The notes under the pieces are model-generated. The model searched no databases. It saw only the letters and a program-made list of their open reading frames with translations, and was not told the DNA's origin. Positions 45,975 to 58,800 of a stretch of 64,000 nt of DNA are shown here, piece by piece; the first letter of the stretch is position 1, and every line of letters starts with the position of its first letter. The DNA comes from Octopus vulgaris. Lineage: Eukaryota. The position numbers and the translations under genes were made by a program. The stretch spans positions 77,562,001-77,626,000 of the forward strand of contig OX597814.1 of NCBI GenBank assembly GCA_951406725.2, read 5' to 3'.

Positions 45975-48027
45975 GTAATGTCGGTAAAAATTTCTCTTAT
46001 AACAAAATCATTGTGAATCATCTATTTTACTGCGAATTATTAGTTATGTTTTGCAATTTTATTATTAAATGAAGTGTTTATATTTTATTGGTGTTCATAT
46101 TTTTAAAATTATGATTCATTTAAAGTTCAATTATTTTTAGAATTATGATTCTGTCGGGTGCATTTATGTTAATCATCACATATGCATTATATTTTAAAAC
46201 TTCTCTTTTTCTTTTATTATAATTCCACGAAGTCTTTCAAAAGAAAGCAAATTTGCCCTCTCTATTGATAAATAGTCATAATTTTAAAAGTTCACTTATT
46301 CTATATATAATCTCTAATGGAGGCTGACTCACATGGTTAGTGAAGTTGAATAATGTCTGTCCTAAAACAGTATTTACATCTTACGATATACAAAACTCTG
46401 GAATTCACCTCTTTATAATATATGATCGTACTTTTGATATTTCCAATTGAGCCGAAGCAAACCATTTTCCTATCACATGGTTGGTTTATTCAATCTATGA
46501 CTTTTAAGACGTGTGTTGCCAGCTTCGGCTATCCCTACTGTGTCTTATAAATATATTGGGACTCTATAGAAATATGTAATTACTGGCTTCTAATTTTTTA
46601 TATTAATGATTAAGGAGGACTTGATAAGCGAAATTAAATATTCAATCTCCAAATTCATTGATATGCACTTAAAAAACGAGAAATTTAGCTCCATTTCAGA
46701 CTGTTCGAACCTATATATTTTTCCATTTAAATTAAATTACGAAACAAACAATATGGCTTTGAAAAATATAAAACAAGTTGGCAATGTTTGATTAGGCCAT
46801 CACTTTCATTGTTGATTGAATTAAAACGGGCTGAAGTAAAGAAAACTATCGGTTTTCGGCGTAACAAAAACTGTAACCCTAATCACCGGGTGTACATATT
46901 CTTTACCTTCGCCAAGACATGTTTGTGGTTGTTTAACTAAACGGGCGTTAATTAAAATAAAATAATGGCTAAACTTCATCTATTTACTGCAAATTATTGA
47001 CAGATGTGTATAAACGTATATATATATATACACAAAACCACATCTATGTTTGTGTGTGTGTATATATATGTAGAACTATGTGTATATATATATATACATA
47101 CGCATCTATACATATAACTGTATATATATATATACACACATTTATGTATATATATGTAGATCTTTATATATATATATATATATTTACGGAAACTGACGAT
47201 CTTCAGAAATGTAAATAAACCCACGTGGTTTATAAATAACAGTCTTGTTACTAATACCGTAAGATCGCCTTCCTACTTGTTATTTCGAGATATATCTACA
47301 ATTTGTACCCTGCGCTAGCCAAGTATAATTTTCTAATAATTCTCAGTGCTAATCCAGTTTCGCACCTCTCCTTGAAAAATGCAATTTTTTGGAAAAATTT
47401 TTTCGGATTCCTACGTTTTAGATGTTGGAAATTACAAACATGCACCCCCTCCACTTTTTCATACTTGGGTGGTCAATCAATTTGCTGAAGCAGATTTTCT
47501 GTGGACAAATATCCTTTTTGAAAACTTGCATCTGTTTCTAAGCAAGCTATTTCTCCATGGCTGGACAGGTTTCCATTGAAGATAGGAAGCAGTCAACACC
47601 ACTTGTATGATGGTTGTACTCATACCAGTTGAGTAATGTGAAGAGGAGAGACGTATTTAGCCGAAAGAAGCAAAACCGGTTTCAGTTTCTGTCTGCCAAG
47701 TACATTCAGAAGATCTTTGGTTGGCTTATAGCTAGCTATAGCAGAAAGCACCAGGACTGAACCTGAAACCACATAGTTGGGAAGTGCATTTTTTAATTAC
47801 ACATCCATGCCTGAACAAGGCAAAAGAATTCAAGCATGATAGCAGTCTGCAAACTTAAGGGAAAAACATTTTTTGCAGGCCATCTCTCTTAAAATATTAA
47901 GTGAAAGTGATTCCTAAACTCAAGGATTGCTAGTAAAGTTTCTGTTTGCAATAAATGTTTGATTTCTTTTTCTTTTTTTTCATCAGAATAAACACTTAAA
48001 TATATATTTGTTTTTTGCAGCACAACC

Positions 48028-51000
48028 ATGAAGAAGTTTATGAAAGCTAACAAGGTGGTGTTGATCCTGAACGGTAGATTTGCTGGCAGGAAAGCCATCA
48101 TTGTTAAGGTATTGTATACCTGTTCTTTTCATTAATTTATTATTCCTTAAGTTGTCATTTAGTCTTGTATCAGACTTTTAAAAGACTCCTGTCCTGACCA
48201 ACCCATCCTATGTACTGAGAATCCTGACTACATTATCTGATATGTTCTTTACTAAAACTGGGTTATTTGAGAGGAATAGTGGGAGTTGGGCTGTTATTTG
48301 TAGTAGGTTGAGTGATTACAATCACCTTAATGTTCTGTAATAATGTATACCTGGATGTTAATTCAGAGGTAAAAACCATTTAGTAGTAACTATAACAACG
48401 GATGTGTAGTTTTCATTGGGACTGTTTGATTTCTTGGACAATATAGAATTTAGAAAAAATGCCTGATTTGTTACCATCCTTTCTGGAAGCAAGTGGTTCT
48501 TCATTGCTCCTGTATTAACCAATGAGTTTTGGCTGTGCTTAAGCAAGTATTAGATTGGTGGTATTTATTGAAATTAGTAACATTGATCTGTTCTCTTATG
48601 TTTTTTTGTTATTTCCAAGTGTAAAATATATTAAATATTGTGATCTGTTGAATTTTCAAGCTTTTGTAGAATTAAATACTAAGTTGGGATTGACCAAAAG
48701 TTTCTTTTGCCATTATAGTATGGCACTCAATTCTGGAATTTGGGTAGATTTCAGTATCAAAGTTATGATTCAAACTCTGTTATCTATTATTGTATGCTGT
48801 TCTCTTCTTGAGTGTGGAAGAAGAATAATGCTAATAAAGTATTCACTCTCTTGCAATAAATAGTTGAGCAACTGCATCAACAATCTTGGTTCAGGACTGT
48901 TTGTTTTCGGTTCTATAAGAAGGCTTTTACTGGAAGTTAGACTTTGGAGATCATTGTCATTTGTCCAATTTCTGATTTTGAATGCTTTTTGAGACAGTAG
49001 TGAGATTTTGGCTTTGGTTTAAAATACTGAAAATTTCCAAAGTAGAAAACAGTCGCCCACAAAAAGGATTTTTGTTTATTCTGAACTGAAACTGGTGACA
49101 TTTATAAACTGGAGTTGATATGAGTTACTAAGATATGCATTTTATGTTTAATTCTTTAGTATTTAAACTGACTATATTTGACCAAAATACTGCTCAAGCT
49201 GGTCAGACCTGGCTTCTTACCAACCCTACAATGTCATTCTAAAGATTGACAATTACCTCATCAAAATCTCAAAGCTACAAGATACTGCATGGTTTATTCA
49301 AAACGATGTGAATAAATAAGCATTACTTTTGATAGAATGTGAATGGTAAAGGGTTAACCCGAAGTGCTTTTATTTATTTATTTTTCAGAATTATGATGAA
49401 GGTACTCAAGACAAAGGATATTCCCATGCTTTAGTAGCAGGAATTGACCGACATCCCCGCAAAGTGACAAAACGCATGAGCAAAAAGAAGCTGAAGCAGA
49501 GATCTAAGATTAAGACATTCATCAAAGTTTGCAATTATAACCATCTCATGCCTACTAGGTAAGTTGTAGAATTAAAATTTATCTAAATAGAAATATGCAA
49601 GCTGCACTCTGTGCCCAGTTTCTAATAGCTGGATTCGATTTTTATGCTTGCTATATAAAAATTTCTACAGCTTGTATTTTTTGCAAAACTACTTTGTGAT
49701 GGCTTGTTTGTAGAAACATTTGAGAAAATATTTTTGTCTGCAGCTCAAGTGACTTTGGTATGCCACTTTAACTCTTTAAGCTCTGTAACTAATAAATAAT
49801 CTAATAATTTGCACAGTTCTTCTCTATTATTAAAATTTTGTATGCTCATTGAAAATTAGCTTATAACTCATTTTCTATGTTGATGTTTAAATAATTTAAT
49901 ATTTTGTTGAATTTAGCTGTAATTAGATTCGTTTTTGAGACAAAAGTTATGAAACATTTGGTTAAGAGGCTTTTGTTGAATTGAGTTTCAAAAATTACAA
50001 TATGTTAAGTAAAGTTGTTTTATTAAACCAGTCTAAATTCATGATTATTTTAGAATTTAATTGAAATACATTAGAGGTGTATTTTGTTTAGAAATATAGT
50101 AACACAATCTAAAAAGGATTAAAAAAAAATTATTGGCATTAGAATATGACATAAGCAGAAATGAAGGCTATAATGAATTATGGTTTGAGCAATTAATAAA
50201 TATATGCATCTGCAGAGGCAATTGATAATTATATGCATCCTTGATTTTGGTTTTAAAAGTATGTACAGTGGTTAGCTAAACTGAAATCAAGTACAAATAT
50301 GCAAAATAGAAGTTTTAATTGTTAAAGGTTTAGATTACATCACTAATAAAGCTAATAGTATTTCCATGACAATTTAACAACGGCACTGATTCACTCAAAC
50401 ATCTAAAATGAATTAAGTAGATGGGATAGTATAAGAGTTGGTAATATATCATTCAGGGTTAAGTGATTGTCAAAGGGAATAAATATACACATACTAGAAT
50501 TGTTCGAATATTAATCATGTCTTAATGCACTTTTACAGTTAATGAAACTGCATTCTATGCTTGGTTTCTTAAATGGATTTGATAATTTACTTGGTGCAGA
50601 ACTCAGCTAGCTAACCACTTGTGGAACCTAAAAATGATTTTACAAGTATTCAGTGAAGACCACCTTTGATATGGGATTGCAGTAAGTTATAAATCACAAA
50701 AACTGCAATTGGTTTACTGTTGTTTTAAGACACTTTTTATGCAGCGTTGCATTCTGTTTCCAGTTTCTGATAGCTGGATTTAATTTTTGTGCTTGCTATA
50801 AAAAATTCTACCAAAAACTTGGAACTTTTGCTAACACTGGTTTGTTAGTAAAAGCGTTTTTGCAGAAACATCTCTATGGAAGAATTTACTTTCAGTTCAA
50901 GTAATTTCTGAGTGTGTGCCTCTTAGATTTTTTTTTATATCATGCATGTGTGAACAAAGTATTCATGGTTACAAGCTTCCAAGACACTTATTGTTGGTTT

Positions 51001-53693
51001 ATTGCACATCTGGTGGCAATGTTGGGAGGAAATGTCAGTCCAGGTGAAGGTGGTGGACAGGCAGAATTGTTAGCATGCCAGGCAAAATGCTTAGCAACAT
51101 TTTGTCTCTACGTTGTGTGTTCAAATTCCGCCAAGGTCAAAATTACTGACTTTGTACAAAAGTTTGAAACCAATCTTGAAAGCAAATGTCAGTCTAGGTG
51201 GGAAAGTGTTTTTCATTTGATGCTCTAATTTATAGGTAATTTCTTAGCAATATGTATATCTTCCTGCTATATACACAAACACGGAGCTTCTATTTTAGCC
51301 TAATAAATATGCAGGTGGTTGAACTTGCAGACCACATGACTTGTTTCCCCATGTGATTAATTCCTTTGCATTATAAGAGATACAATATCAATTTTTAAAC
51401 CTTGTTGATGTTTAATTTTTTTATATAGTATACAGAAATAAATGTCCTTTACAATTGGACATAGTAAATAAATTAAAAGAACTATAAAATATGAATAGGT
51501 ATTACAAATAAATACACAGCTTCACTTGTCAAGAAAATATGCCATTGAACAGAGAATGTAAAGCAAACTTGTAAAAATTATTCAAAACGAGTGATATGGA
51601 TTTTTTTGAAGCAGGGTTAAATTTCTGGATATTTATGAAATATAATTATTTTTTTCTCAATTAAGATTTTGATTTGTTTGCATTCAATTTAGTTTTTTCT
51701 TTTTTCTTTATCTCATTTTACAAAAAACTTATATTGTATTCTCAAGTAACAAATTATTTTTACAGCATTAACTTCATATCTATTGGTGATGGGGGGTGGG
51801 TGTAAAATTGTAATAATATTGAAAGATTGATAAGTTTTTATTCTTAGATATCATCATTTAACGTCTGCTTTCCATGCTGGCATGGGTTGGACGGTTCAAC
51901 TGGGGTCTGGGAAGCCAGAAGGTTGCACCAGGCCCAGTCTGATCTGGCAGTGTTTCTACAACTGGATGCCCTTCCTAATGCCAACCACTCTGAGTGTGTT
52001 GGGTGCTTTTTACATGCCACTGGCTTGGGGACCAGACAAAGCTGGCCACGGTTGGATGGTGCTTTTTACGTGCCACGTTCGGATGGTTCTCTTATGTGCC
52101 ACCGGCACTGGTATCACAGCTACAAATTCCATTGATGTTGATAGATTACGATATGTGTACATCAATGAAACCTTTAAAGTGTTTGTGGAATTGCACTGAG
52201 GAAATAAGTGAAACATAAACTAGTTGTTAATCACACATCTTTAGCTCTTTTTATAGCTAATGCAAATTGCTTTTTGCCCAGTTTCTAATTGCTTAAGTTT
52301 TTTGTTTCCTATGAATGAAAATTGCATTTCAGATTTTTGGATTTATCATGTACCAGCTGTTGTGTGTGTGTGTAATTATCCAAATTCAGTTACTAATAGC
52401 GAATAGGGATTGACAGTTACTAATAGCGAATTTGTGGAAGAATCTCCATTAGTGGCTTCATAAATAAAGAATAGTGTCACATGCATCTCTCTATATATAA
52501 ACGGCAGTTTGTCTGTGCGTGTTTCTGTGTGTCTGTTTTCTCGTACCCTCACTCTGACCACGGCTTTCAACCGATTCTGATGAAACTTGACACACACATA
52601 GCCCAATGTCATAATTCAAAACTAACGCAGCGAAAATTTTGAAAAGTTCCCCCAGTTCTGAAAAAAATCGATAAATTCGACATGGGGTCGAGAATAAAAA
52701 AAAAAAAAACCACAGACTGTCTAGGGGACGCAACTCAACCTTTTTTTACTCTCAAAAAAAAATTTACCATCATTTTTTTTCCATTTTTTTGCTATTTTTT
52801 GGCTATAACTCTCTAAAAATGCTTTATAGTTATTTCCCTTACAAACCTGAGCAACGCCGGGCGATACTGCTAGTCAAAGATAAAAATCTGTTCCAAAATG
52901 CTCTTTTTCTTTCTTGCTCTTAAGTTCTTAAGTATCTGTTACTTACTTTGGTTATCTTAGGAATTATGCATTAATCTTGTAAAAAGGGAGCTTTATTTGA
53001 AACTATTGAATGAATGCCGTCAAAATACGAAACTGCTTCTCTTTTTGCTACTTGTGCCAAGTGGTTTGTAGAATCCACCACATTGAGAAATAGAAATTAA
53101 TATGAAAAGAGGTTTTGAATAAATCTATTTTGGTTCTGTTATAAAATTTATAACTTGAAATATTGTTGTAGGTATTCTGTGGATGTCGTCTTGGACAAAT
53201 CTCATGTAAACAAAGATGCTTTCAGAGATCCTGCTTTGAAACGCAGAGCGAAGCGAGAAGTGAAAGCTAAATTAGAAGAGAGGTAAATTGATTTTCTTGA
53301 TTTTATGAAAACTTGTTTTGTGTTGGAAAGTCCACAAAAAGCAACTGCTTTGTTAAGCTTCATTCCTTTCTAATAGCAAGATGTAATAAAATGGATTTTG
53401 TTTGCATTACTTGAAGTCAGTGAAAACATCTAATAATATGAAAGAACAAATTCCATTGCAATACATAATTCTTGTTTTATAGCCTTACATATTTCATTGT
53501 TTTACCTAAAGGTTTCTTCATTGTCTGTTACAGGCAGATTATATTGTCAACCATTTCAATGCAGATATTGTATAGTTGATTTATGTCATTTGGTAGAACT
53601 TATATTAAACATTCTGTCTGATGAAATTTTTTTTCTTATTTCAGGTACAAGACTGGTAGAAACAGATGGTTTTTCCAAAAACTAAGATTCTAA
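48028..53693 (+). CDS. RPL27: 60S ribosomal protein L27 (eL27), 136 aa, 4 coding exons
   Basis: Exons 48028-48108, 49389-49558, 53172-53282 and 53645-53693 total 411 nt. Sequence [33 protein letters not shown]...[14 protein letters not shown]...[26 protein letters not shown] at 53710-53715. Confidence 0.98.
48866..48999 (+). ncRNA. candidate box H/ACA RNA in RPL27 intron 2
   Basis: Hairpin gagc...aacaatcttg/caggactgtt...gttc, H box ATAAGA at 48915-48920, second hairpin ttaga-ttgga/tccaa-tctga, ACA at 48994-48996. Confidence 0.45.
49152..49353. mobile_element. piggyBac-like MITE, second family
   Basis: TTAA-flanked, ends aatggtaaaGGG|TTAA; reverse copy of 18556-18772. Confidence 0.6.
49596..49721 (+). 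ncRNA. box H/ACA snoRNA candidate A in RPL27 intron 3
   Basis: Hairpin 1 has lower stem GCAAGC/GCTTGC and upper stem CCAGTT/AGCTGG. H box ATATAA at 49653-49658. Hairpin 2 has TTCTACAG/TTGTAGAA and TTGCAAA/TTTGTGA. ACA at 49716-49718 plus 3 nt; 126 nt in total. Confidence 0.75.
50740..50873 (+). ncRNA. box H/ACA snoRNA candidate B (paralog of A)
   Basis: Hairpin 1 is similar to A. H box ATAAAA at 50798-50803. Hairpin 2 has CTTTTGCTAACA/TGTTAGTAAAAG. ACA at 50868-50870. Confidence 0.7.
51851..52150 (-). mobile_element. RTE-related SINE-like element (short internal array)
   Basis: Same family as 31814-32436. Confidence 0.75.
52261..52315 (+). pseudogene. decayed third copy of H/ACA hairpin 1
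   Basis: tgcaaattgctttttgcccagtttctaattgcttaag shares the gcccagtttctaat core with candidate A, but the stems are broken and no ACA hairpin follows. Confidence 0.45.
52486..52873 (+). mobile_element. non-autonomous Helitron
   Basis: A|TC start, hairpin cctgagcaacgccggg, CTAG|T end; homologous to 9045-9465. Confidence 0.8.
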
Positions 53694-54141
53694 AATATTT
53701 TCTCCAGTAAATAAATATTATAACATTTAATTTTAGCTTATTGTTTTTATTGCGAGGCAGACTGCCATTTTAACTTCAATGTTGTGCCCTGCTAGAAAGG
53801 CATTCAGCTGTAAAAACAGAAAAGTAGCATGAACATGGACCATGTCCCCTGTTTTTGCATGAGAAAATGAATGTGAAACAAAAAATACTATGTAGTATCC
53901 ATGTCACATCCAATTTCTCGTGCAAATATGGACATTCAAGTTCTTGGGCAAGATTATAAGTATCTCAATACTATCCGGTTTTGGCTTTCATACAAAAGAT
54001 ACATTGCTTGAACTTTTTTGAGAGAAATTTGCTCAGAACTGTTTCCAAATCCCAAGTTATTTATATTCTAAAGACTAACTAAATAATGAGTTACTTTAAA
54101 TTCATTTTTAAAATGAATTGGGGGGGGGGTGAATTGACTGT

Positions 54142-54304
54142 TTAGATTTGGAATCTAAACAGTGTTTTATTGTGTTTAGAAGATTCCAAGTAATCTGTTA
54201 TTGTAACTAACCCATCATAAATTACTGCAAATCCAAAATATACTGGCAACAAATAGTTTATCAGATTCATCCATTTAGAATTTGGCAGGGGAATTTCCAC
54301 ATTG
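54142..54304 (-). CDS. duplicated copy of the terminal exon of the minus-strand membrane-protein gene (possible alternative last exon)
   Basis: Acceptor tttttcatctag, same phase as 55996, open frame NVEIPLPNSKWMNLINYLLPVYFGFAVIYDGLVTITDYLESSKHNKTLFRFQI-stop. Confidence 0.45.
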
Positions 54305-54457
54305 CTAGATGAAAAATTACTTTTATTACTTTGGTATGACTAGAAATGTTTGGTACTGTTAAAAGTGGTAGAAATGTTAACGTGTTTCATTGCAAAAAAG
54401 TCAATCATACTAACAAGATTGCCACTAAATGACATTTCTTTCTGTAAAAAATATGGC

Positions 54458-55375
54458 GGATCTTTTCCTTTTGATGGATGGAATTTTCTAGTTAGCTAAA
54501 CAATTTGAAGTGTCAAAAGAAAACATTATTGTAAACAAAATTGTAATTTGTAAGTTTAACGTAGTTTAATTCGAAGAATTTTAACCAATGAAATCCTAGC
54601 ATTTGAGTTCAAATCATTTGCTGCGTCTAAAAACTCACACACACGTCTTATTCATCCTTATCTCTTCTGTATGTGCTAGAAATAACAGCTATATCTCTTA
54701 AATCAATGAATTTCGTCGCCCAATAGAAATATTAACAATATTTTCTTTACTTTTTTTTACCGAAAAGGGAAACAACAAAAACAAAACAATAATATGCCTA
54801 AAGCGGCCTAGAGTTTGCGCGTGGAGTGTGAGTCGTATTGTAAAAATTTGCGAAATATTTTTTCATAAAAGGATGCCCCAGCTTGTCGGAGGCTGTGATA
54901 TAAATTGGGGAAAAAAATTTCGACACCAGTGTGTAATTGGTACTTAATTTATCGACCCCTAAACGATGAAACATTGACCCCCCCCCTTCTGGTTTATTTA
55001 CCTTTTGTGTAAATTTGTTGTGGCTGGGGGCAGAACACAGAGGGGACAAAAGTATTAAGTCGATTCTATCAACACCAGTGCGAACACACGAATGTGTGTG
55101 TATGTATATCTCCGTTTGTATGTGTGTGTACGCTTATATATTAATTACTATGTGTTTGAGAGAGAGAGAGAGTGTGTGTATGCGTCTGCTATGTTTCTTT
55201 ATCAATATCGATAATGCAGCAAATGCTGAGATTTCATTGGTTAAAATTCTTCGAATTAAACTACATTAAACTTACAAATTACAATAATGTTTTCTTTTGA
55301 CACATTCTATCAGTATACGAAGTTTCAAATTTTTTAGTTAACTAGAAAATTCCGTCCATCAAAAGGAAAAGATCC
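54458..55375. mobile_element. non-autonomous DNA transposon with long TIRs (Merlin- or Mutator-like)
   Basis: 8-bp TSD AATATGGC at 54450-54457 and 55376-55383. ~150-bp imperfect TIRs start GGATCTTTTCCTTTTGATGGA. Confidence 0.85.
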
Positions 55376-55827
55376 AATATGGCTGCCATAATGTTTTCTC
55401 ACTTAAAGGTCTTTATATATTTTCATTTGTCTAAGTTGGCCTCATTGGTCTTCCTTCATGTAAGTAGGGCTGGTGAATAATTACATCATTAACTTATGAA
55501 ATATACGCAATACATTTTAGTGTTTTGTCATAACAGCCATTTTGTTTGATCAAGAATTTTTTTGTATAAGTTAAACCATTAATATGAAAATCATGAATAA
55601 ATTTTAACATTTATTCCTGGCATTTTTATTTTTAGTAATATTTTTCAAATTACTAAGTTGTAGATGAAGATGGCTGTTAGTATTCCTAAATATCCCTAAA
55701 ATGTAAGAGGCTCATGTGTTACAAGTGAACAAGTTTTAGAGAATGAATATTTGACTTTAAAAATAAATTTTTATTAAAGAGGAAGACAATTGTTTTGGCA
55801 ATGATTTATCATGTGGAATGTCTTAAT

Positions 55828-58800
55828 TTATTGCTGAGAATATAAAGCACGCTGTGTTTTATTGTGTTTAAGAGATTCCAAGTAATCTGTTGTTGTAACA
55901 AACCCATCATAAATTACTGCAAATCCAAAATATACTGGCAACAAATAGTTTATAATATCCATCCATTTTGGTATTGGTAGGGGAATTTCCACATTGCTAG
56001 ATCAAAAAGACAAAAAAGAAATTCTTACAAGTGGAGATATTTTAAAAATTGCATTAACTTATTTATATATTAATCATAGAAAGCTGTAGGTTTGATTAGT
56101 GTCTTAACCCTTTCGTTACTTCATTTCTGACCAAAATACACCCCTCATGAGTTTCAATTAAATTTCTAAGATAATCATGAATTCAGACTAGTTTCATTAA
56201 ACAACTGTAACTTTTTTTACTTATCAACATATTAATGTGATATGTGGAACAATTAAAGAAAGGGTTCTTAATCAATTCTATTGCAAAACTTTTGTCTCAA
56301 AGTGACTTTAATTACAGGTAAAAATATTAAAATTTTGTTTAAACATCACCATACAAAATGAAATCATCAGTTAATATTCAATTGGGTATGCAACAAAATT
56401 TTGATATAGAAGAATTGTGCACATCACTAGATCATCAGTTGAATTTAATGCACAACAGAATAGGTGAAATAAACTGGAATCCTGCAAGTTTGACCGAACT
56501 AAAGAAATCGGTAAAAAAATAGTATACGGACCTGGTTATGGTATGGAAGTGATAAATTCCAGACCACATCGTACCCTAGGCCATGCTGACTAACATTATT
56601 TTCCCTGTATAAAAACTAAATCCACAGCAGTACCCAGTATTTGCTTCACAAATTTTTCGAACTTTGATCCCCAACTTTTGTGTTTGTTTACATTCTGTGT
56701 AAGTTTGTTTCCACAGTGATCGCTTCAAACAAGCATACTGAAAAAAATAAGTCTAATGGTTTCACTTCCTAAGAAAGACTAGATAAACTCTATCTCCTCA
56801 GAAAAAATTGCTAATAAAAACATTTTTAAAGTTTTTACTTCATTCCAATGTAAAATCATCTAATGTTGCTATCTCCGCTTTGTTTCTTCAGAATTGCTGC
56901 TTTCGGTTTTGGATACAGAAATATCCTATTTATTGTACACCATGTGCTTTTGTACCTCATTCTTTCTTTTTCTCGATATCTCCCTATTTTCCATTGAAAA
57001 GGCTTTAAATTCAGAATCAATGCTTGATAACATGAAACGCCAATCCATTTTCAAAGTTGACGAAAAAAAGTGGAAAAAAATCTCCCAAAATTCACTGAGT
57101 TCAGATATCACGTCAAGCAATGTCAGATATTATAACCCAACTATTTACAAAGTGAAATCACGTATTTTCACAAATGTACTAACGAGATTTGTGCTTAAAT
57201 TCACATTTAAATAACAATGGGTACTCTTGGCCGGGTTGGTCTTATAAACCAAAAAATTTTTTGGCCAGGTTAGTATCAAAAGGGTTAAGCAATTAGTATT
57301 ATAATTCAATGTTGTGTGGAGCAACATTAAATGATTTCATTAGCTTTTATTACTTTGGTATGACTAGAAGTGTTTCCTACTGTTAAGCTTTATGGCAAGC
57401 ATTTACATTGTACCAATGAAGATAGTTAATTTCCTATTGATCCTGAATAAGAAGAAACAATAGTTAAGGTGCTGGATGATTGACCATGTGGTCATAAGTA
57501 TTACAACCAGTGTTTGTGTCTCTGAATGTCATGTTCATTTTCTATGCTGGTACAAAACTTGAAGCTATATTCTATAGCCTGATGTCTTTCTGTTGCCCTC
57601 ACTGGATTTTTAAGTAAGGTATTTTTTACTCCATGTTGAAATTGCCAAATGATGTATGTGATACTTACACAAGAGAAATGAATGTCAAATGTTGCATATT
57701 GTCAATGGAAACAAAAAACAACATGCATGTGTGTGGCATATATATATATATATATACACTCACAAAAAGGAGGGTTGGCTGAACAGTTCATAAGCTGTTG
57801 ATGAAAGAGTGAAGCTAGGGCTGTGAAATCTTGCATTCATTAATTTCAACTCTTCTTGAAACTGCATTGTCTCTTTTCAGATAAACTGACATATGACTGT
57901 TCATAGAAGGTTTCAGAAGTAACTAGTTGTGGCTCTTGAAAATTGACAATATTTGGCAGTGGTGTTATCAAATACCTGCAGAAAAAGGGTTTAGCCCCCA
58001 AGGACGTTCATGCTTGCTACATTAGAGGATGACACTCCAGCTTTATCAATAGTGGAAAAGTGGGCAGCTGATTTTGGATGGGAAGGGAGAGTCTTGAAAT
58101 TACCCTAGGTGGTTTGAATGTCCTGCAACTGCTATCACAGAGGAAAACATTGATCGTGATCACCACATAGCAATGGATGACAGGTGATTGACTATTAATC
58201 AAATTACCAATGTTATTAACATATCCTGTGAGATGGCTGAGAATGTTCTGCACAATGAGCTTGGCATGATGGTTTCTGCTCTGTGGTTGTTATGTCTTCT
58301 GCCACTGATCAAAACTGCCAGACTGATCACATCATTTGGAGGAGAGAAAGAGAGGATCCATGCAGTAGAATCACCCCTCCTCACTTTCAAAGAAGGCCAG
58401 TCATTTCATCTGCAGGAAGGTGATGGAGGTCAGATTTGGGGGATGCAAAAGGCATTGTCTATTGATTATCTTCAAAAGGTTAACACCATCAATGAAGAGT
58501 ACTATGCCAACTTTCTGGGGCTGTTATGAAAAGCTATTAAGACCAAATGAGCTGGAAAACTGAAAAAAGGGGTTTTGTTTCATCAGGACAATGCTTCAGC
58601 ATATCAGTCCTTTGTTTCAAGTGACTGACTTTCAGCAGGTTTATCGCCTCCATCTATTCTCCTGATCTGGTCCCATCTGCTGCACAACATGTAAAAACAT
58701 TTGACTGAAACCTGTATCACTGTGTTCTCATATTTGCTATTGATAACTTTTTTGACCAAGAGGATGAAAGCTTCTTCAATGAAATCCAACTGCAACACTG

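Noticed and set aside
49603-49646. Specific rRNA target assignment for the H/ACA pockets (5.8S or 18S sites considered)
   Set aside because: Candidate pairings needed several G-U pairs or the wrong spacing to the H box, and this species' rRNA sequence is not available here.
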